Shown here: positions 58,501 through 64,000 of the stretch, in pieces | How the letters are laid out: every line of letters begins with the position of its first letter | Numbering within the stretch: the first letter of the stretch is position 1 | DNA from: Octopus sinensis | Lineage: Eukaryota | NCBI RefSeq assembly: GCF_006345805.1 | Contig: NC_042998.1 | Coordinates: 141,174,001 to 141,238,000 of the forward strand | Direction: 5' to 3' | Length of the DNA stretch: 64,000 bases | Made by a program: the position numbers and the translations under genes | The notes under the pieces: model-generated | Databases searched by the model: none | Told to the model about the DNA's origin: nothing | The model's input: only the letters and a program-made list of their open reading frames with translations

Positions 58501-61500
58501 TGAGTTAATTACTATGTCACAGAAGAAAGTCACTCAGACACCTCAGTGAACCCAGAGCTGATAAGGTCCTTCAACTCTAGCAGCTCATCCAAGAGAAGGT
58601 AATCCATTCAAGCACTGCATCCTGATAGCTACTGGGCTTGTGGCACTCATTGCACCAGAACACAAGTTTGAAGGATGAAAGGCTGGGACTGGCTCTGCAC
58701 AAGCCATGCCTAGAATAATAATTAACCCCTGCTGCCTTGTGGGGTCATTTATTGAGCATTTGAAAAAAGACTGGAGGAGTATATCACTATAATAAATCTA
58801 GAGGGAAGGACCCTAAGGTAGATATGTATAGTTATACTCAACCAATATCTGGTATTTACTGTGACTCCATGGATATTGTTAATGTATTAACTTGTCTTTC
58901 CTTCATCATGTATCTAATCACATGCAGGGAGTGAATGTGTGCCCTTCTTTGCTGTCACGTCTCATGAATGAACAATTTTTGGACCAAATAGTGACTGGTG
59001 AGAAGAAATGGGTTCTCTATAAAAATGTCAAAAGACAGTGGGTTGGGAAAGGAGAAACACTGGCACCCCAGGCTAAAGAAGGTCTTCATTCACGTAATGT
59101 GTTGTTATCTGTTTGGTGGGATATGATAACAGACAATAACAAAGGAGATCTACTGTGAGCAGCTTGAGTGGTTTTAAGATGGTGTTTTTCTGTCAAGATA
59201 ATGCATGGCTACATACAACAAGGATGACATTCCAAAGACTGGAGTAGTTTGAATGGGAAACGATGCCCCAACCACCATATTTGCCCGACATTGCCCCATC
59301 TGATTTTCATTTATTCAATAGTCTTCGAAATCATTTGGACGGAAAAAACATGAATCATCACAGACAAGTGAATTTTGAAAGAGGTGCCTTGCAAGTCTAC
59401 CAGATAGATGGAAAAGCATTGTAGAAAATGAAAGAGAGTCTATTTTAGATTAAAAAAGAACTTTGTTTATCTTAATTTTGAAAAATAAAACAAGTTTAAA
59501 AAAACAGCATTATTTATGGGATGGCCCAATATTTGCATTAAATATGATACACATGTACCTATTTTAATCTTTTGCATATAATGGATTTTCAAAGAAATTT
59601 TTAAAGATAGTATTTTGTTTGTAGAATTTTTGTATATAATTAAAATTTGTTTATTTTTTCCAGCTGTTTCTGTTGGATCTTCCTGCTTTTTATCCTCAAC
59701 ACTTACAGTATTATTGTTTGCTGGAATGCAGATGTTCCGCAATCAGCTGGGATCAACCGAATATTTCACCATTTTGGGAGGTTTTCTTGGTTCCTGGATT
59801 TTCATTCTTCTGTTGACCGTATCCTTTTCGCAAATACTTCAATGGGAAAATAACTTTCAACCTGGAAAGTGCTTTATATATCTCTCTCTGTAGCTGTCAT
59901 TTCCAATACATTTCTACTATTACTTTTCACTGATGGTACATAATACTATATTTTACGCAACACTCTGTGTCCATTTGTGTCACATACTCATATCTCTGCA
60001 CCCATCTCTCTCCTATATACATCAATGTCTTCCATACTCATCATGCTCTTGGCACACTTCTGCTCCATCTCTCATTTGAGTTAATGTTGCTCATCAACAG
60101 GTCAGACTTTCTTACATCTTTCCAACTTCCTCAAGTGTTCCACATTCAGTGATCTCCTTCTCCTACTACTGTGTAGCTTCATGTGGTTTTGGGTTCAGTT
60201 CCACCACATGGCACCATAGGCAATGTCTTAGGCAAACCAAAGCCATGTAAGCGGATTTGGTTAGCAGATATATTGCTCAGATATATTGGGTTGGATGGTA
60301 ACATGTGCAGATATATGCTCTTAGGGCGGCGAGCTGGCAGAAACTTTAGCACGTCGGGCGAAATACTTAGTAGCATTTCGTCTGCTGCTACGTTCTGAGT
60401 TCAAATTCCGCCGGGGTCAACTTTGCCTTTCATCCTTTTGAGGTCGATTAAATAAGTACCAGTTACGCACTGGGGTTGATATAATCGACTTAATCTGTTT
60501 GTCTGTCCTTGATTGTCCTCTCTGTGTTTAGCCCCTTGTGGGTAGTAAAGAAATAGGTATTTCGTCTGTCTTTACGTTCTGAGTTTAAATTCCGCCGAGG
60601 TCGACTTTGCCTTTCATCCTTTTGGGGTCGGTAAATTAAGTACCAGTTGTGTATTGACTCCGCACTGGGGTCAATATAATCGACTTGATCCATTTGTGTG
60701 TAGCTCCTTATGGGCAGTAAAGAAATAAGAAACTGAAAGAAGTCTTTTGTATATATTGGATGTGTGTGTATGTATATATACACACAAACATATATATAGA
60801 ATAGCTAGAGTGAAGCATTGTGTGATATAATACATTAGATGAACTTGTAAGATAAGGCTAAAACAACAAGAGATAAAATACAAAGTAAACTACAAAAGGG
60901 AAAACAGAACAACAGATGGAGTTTTACCTTATATTTCAAAATTTTGGGGTTATGATCTCTTCCTCAGGACATGTGGAGAAATAAGGGATAGAATAAGTCA
61001 TTGCTCAGATATATTGGGATGGATGGTAACGTGTGCAGACATATATTGTTATAATAGCCAGTCATCTTTGTGTATCTCTTTGCTGTTGTTTCAGTTTGTT
61101 AATAAGAAGGGCCACCTTGATTCTAATATTGTTTGTATTATGTTGAGTGACCCTGATGGTTACTGTGAAATCCTGGGTCTGGCACTTCTGTGGGTATTTG
61201 CAGATTCAAGTGGTTGTATGTATGTGTTCCTTGATGCAAAAGTGCAGTTTTCTGGCAGTGCTCCCAATGTAGGTTGCACCTCATTTACAGCAGATTACCT
61301 TGTATACCACATAAGGCCATGAGCACATTTTGAAGTTACTGATGGAGCAATTAGATGGTGTGCACCCCATAATGCTATTTGTGGTATGGTTTCTAGACAG
61401 AAATTTCCTCAGATGGACTTGTGTGCAACGTCTGTATGTTAAGTCCCTCCCTACAGATCAGGAAGGCCCTCCTTATTAACCTGCTAAGACTAACTCTAAA

Positions 61501-61767
61501 CAGTAGAAAAGAGCTACACAAAGCCGACTGGTTATTATTACAACATGAGTCTGCACATGTCATCATCCTCCCCAACATGTTTGAGTACTTATTCTATCCC
61601 TCATTTCTCCACGTGTCTTGAAGAAGTTATAATCATAAAATATTGAAATGTAAAGTAAAACTCTAACTGTTGTTCTATTTTGTTTTAGTAATTTATCTCA
61701 CATTGTAGTTCATCACATTTAATTTGTATTTCATCTCACGTTGTTTCGTCCTTATCTTACAAGTTTA

Positions 61768-61816
<49 letters not shown>

Positions 61817-62747
61817 ATATGTATATATATATATGTATACTGTGGAATGGTTGGTGTTAGGAAGGGCATCCAGCCATAAAAACCATACAAAAACAGACAC
61901 AGAAGTATGGTGTAGTCTCCTGCCTGTCCAGCTCCTGTCAAACTGTCCAACCCATGCCACCTTGGAAGGAGGACATTAAATGATGATTTTATATATATAT
62001 ATATATATATCATCATCATCATTTAACATCTGCTTTCCATGCTAGTATGGATTGGATGATTTGACTGAGGTCTGGCGAACCAGATGGTTGCACCAGACTC
62101 CAATCTGATCCGGCAGAGTTTCTACAGCTGGATGCCCTTCCTAACGCCGACCACTCCAAGTGTGTAGTGGGTGCTTTTATGTGCCACCGGCACGAGGGCC
62201 AGTCAGGCGGTACTGGCATATATATATATATATACACATATATATATATGTATATATATATTGTGTGTGTTGGTACCTCCTTGTCTTGATATTGCATGAT
62301 AGTTACTGTCATACAAGCAGCGTCACTCATCTCCAATCTTCTGTGAAAACATATTCACTCATTGGGAAAATATTACCTTGCTTGAGAACAAGTGAGGGTT
62401 GGTGACAGAAAAGGCATTCAGCCTTATAAAATTTGTCTCAGTAAATTCTGTCTTACCCATGCAAGCAAACAAGGGAAAGTGGATACTAAATGATGAATCA
62501 ATGACATTCTTTTGAATTGTAAGAAGCTTTTCCAAACAAACTCATTTTACAAACACCACAGTGCTTCAAGCAAACTACAGCATTGCCAAATTTGGTAGAA
62601 ACCTTAGAATAATTAAATATTTTGTTTTATTGTTTATGTTGCAAAATGCTATTCCACAAATATTTCTTTAACAGTTCCATCAGGCATGCAATAATTTTGA
62701 AGTGTTAGTCTTTGGAAAAAACTTTCAGTCACAGTTTTTACCAGAAG
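55508..62747 (+). CDS. KRTCAP2: Keratinocyte-associated protein 2 / oligosaccharyltransferase subunit KCP2, 5' part (exons 1-3; gene continues beyond window)
   Basis: Exons 55508-55511 (ATGG|gtaaga), 59664-59818, 62684-62747 give MAVSVGSSCFLSSTLTVLLFAGMQMFRNQLGSTEYFTILGGFLGSWIFILLLTACNNFEVLVFGKNFQSQFLPE; LLFAGMQM, LASTE-like, GG.LGS, NN.E.LVFGK motifs match KRTCAP2. Confidence 0.93.
55778..56187. mobile_element. Foldback MITE with ~93-bp near-perfect TIRs
   Basis: Arms 55778-55870 and 56095-56187, ~4 mismatches; terminus GGCGATCTTTCG resembles the 43.6-kb MITE. Confidence 0.75.
57780..58012 (-). mobile_element. SINE family A, young copy nested in an older copy, 14-bp TSD
   Basis: TSD CTGGAATAAATACC at 57766-57779 and 58013-58026. 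Confidence 0.9.
58885..59531 (+). mobile_element. mariner transposase 3' fragment with right TIR (KRTCAP2 intron 1)
   Basis: IVTGEKKWVLY, QDNAWLHT, PPYLPDIAPSDFHLF; terminal AAAAAACAGCATTATTTATGGGATGGCCCAATA. Confidence 0.85.
59664..59818 (+). CDS. KRTCAP2: KRTCAP2 exon 2
   Basis: tttttccag acceptor; 155 nt; followed by GTATCCTTT U12 donor. Confidence 0.95.
59819..62683 (+). other. U12-type (minor spliceosome) GT-AG intron
   Basis: 5'ss GTATCCTTT; branch site TTCTTTAAC at 62664-62672, 12 nt from the AG; no polypyrimidine tract. Confidence 0.9.
60325..60735 (+). mobile_element. SINE family A full copy fused to a second 5'-truncated copy
   Basis: Full head-to-tail copy 60325-60562 runs into GGTATTTCGTCTG of a second copy. 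Confidence 0.85.
62684..62747 (+). CDS. KRTCAP2: KRTCAP2 exon 3
   Basis: 64 nt, ACNNFEVLVFGKNFQSQFLPE, G|gtaagt donor. Confidence 0.93.
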
Positions 62748-64000
62748 GTAAGTAGCAAATATTTGATATATTCTTACCATGATACATCCATGTTGCAGTA
62801 GGTGTAAATGTGATGTAAACTAATTTCATTTTAGATTATAATAATGGTTTGGCATGGTTTTGTGGATAAGAAGTTTACTTCCCAATGACATGGCTTTGGG
62901 TTCAATACCACTGCCTGGTATCTTTCAGTGAGTGTCTTCTGCTATAGTCCTGTATATATATATATATATTATATATATGTGTGTGTGTGCGTGCCTGTCC
63001 ATCTGTATGTATGCATCACTAAAACTTGAGAACTACCTGACAAATTCCCTTTAAATTTTACACATGCGATACTTAAAGTTCATGCAGTGTCATGGGCCAA
63101 AAAAATGTTCAGCTTCTTGCCTAATGTGAACCCGGAGCAATATCTTATCTCTTACACTATTTCAGTATTACATGTCAAAAGTGAAACATTAATTTTGAAA
63201 CACTGCAGTATTTTAACATCTCCATACACCAGTGAATCATATGTATAAACACACATAGTTTGAAGGAAGGAGCTGTTTTGTATTCACAAAAAAACCCACA
63301 ATGATCAGATATTTACATTCAAAATTGCCAGAACATATCAATAATGAATATATACATTATTGCTTGAATTCTTGTTCATAGATACGCATTATAAATTACT
63401 TTTATCTTCTTTTCTATATAAGATACCTTGAGTCTTTGATGCCTTCAAAATGGTAGGTTTGAAATTTTGGTACAAGGCCAGTAAGTTTGGGAGATGGGGT
63501 TAGTCAATTATATTGAACCCAGTGCTCAACTGGTACTTAATTTATCGATTCCAAAAGGATGAAAGGCAAAGTTGACCTCGGTGGAATTTGAACTCAGAAC
63601 GTAAAGACAGATGAAATGCCGCTAAGCATTTTGCACGATGTGCTAACAATTCTGCCAGCTTGATATCTTTGTGTGCCACTAATATTAAAATACCATTTCA
63701 CTCCTGTTGTAATCATTTGATATCATTTCAGTGATTTAGGAAAGGTGCATAGCTGAGTGGTTAGGGCACTTGGCTCACTATCGTATGGTTGTGAGTTCAA
63801 TAGCTGGCAGTATGTTATGTCCTTGAGCAAGACACTTTATTTCATGTTGCTCCAGTCCACTCAGCTGGCAAAAATGAATAGTACCTGTAATTCAAAGGGC
63901 TAGTCTTGTCACACTCTGTCATGCTGAATCTCCTTGAGAACTACGTTAAGGCTACACATGTCTGTGGAGTGCTCAGCCACTTATACGTTAATTTCACGAG

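Noticed and set aside
61000-61590. Diverged inverted segments enclosing a possible R4/Dong-like LINE tail
   Set aside because: The similarity (CQKTALL) is too short and degenerate to assign a family by eye.

Overview
Eukaryotic, AT-rich, repeat-dense genomic DNA. The SINE/MITE repertoire points to an octopus-like cephalopod (inference, no search run). There are two divergently transcribed, intron-rich housekeeping genes. (1) A complete threonyl-tRNA synthetase gene on the minus strand: 20 coding exons, 42522->7856, 2145 nt / 714 aa, with phases joining cleanly. (2) The first three coding exons of KRTCAP2 (OST subunit KCP2) on the plus strand, 55508->62747, continuing out of the window; its second intron is a U12-type (minor spliceosome) intron. 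Main finding: ThrRS appears to have two mutually exclusive first exons only 55 nt apart. One is a cytosolic start ending in a non-canonical GC donor; the other is a 24-26 codon exon encoding a typical mitochondrial presequence. This suggests one gene supplies both compartments. Other notable items: three minimal hammerhead-ribozyme-like motifs of the Penelope-associated type inside ThrRS introns; a young CR1-group LINE with an uninterrupted 921-codon APE+RT frame 1.4 kb upstream of ThrRS; several long near-perfect foldback MITEs and inverted SINE pairs that would make intronic dsRNA; and decayed hAT, Tigger, mariner, Merlin, RTE and piggyBac-like elements. Coordinates were counted by hand, and repeat boundaries are approximate.
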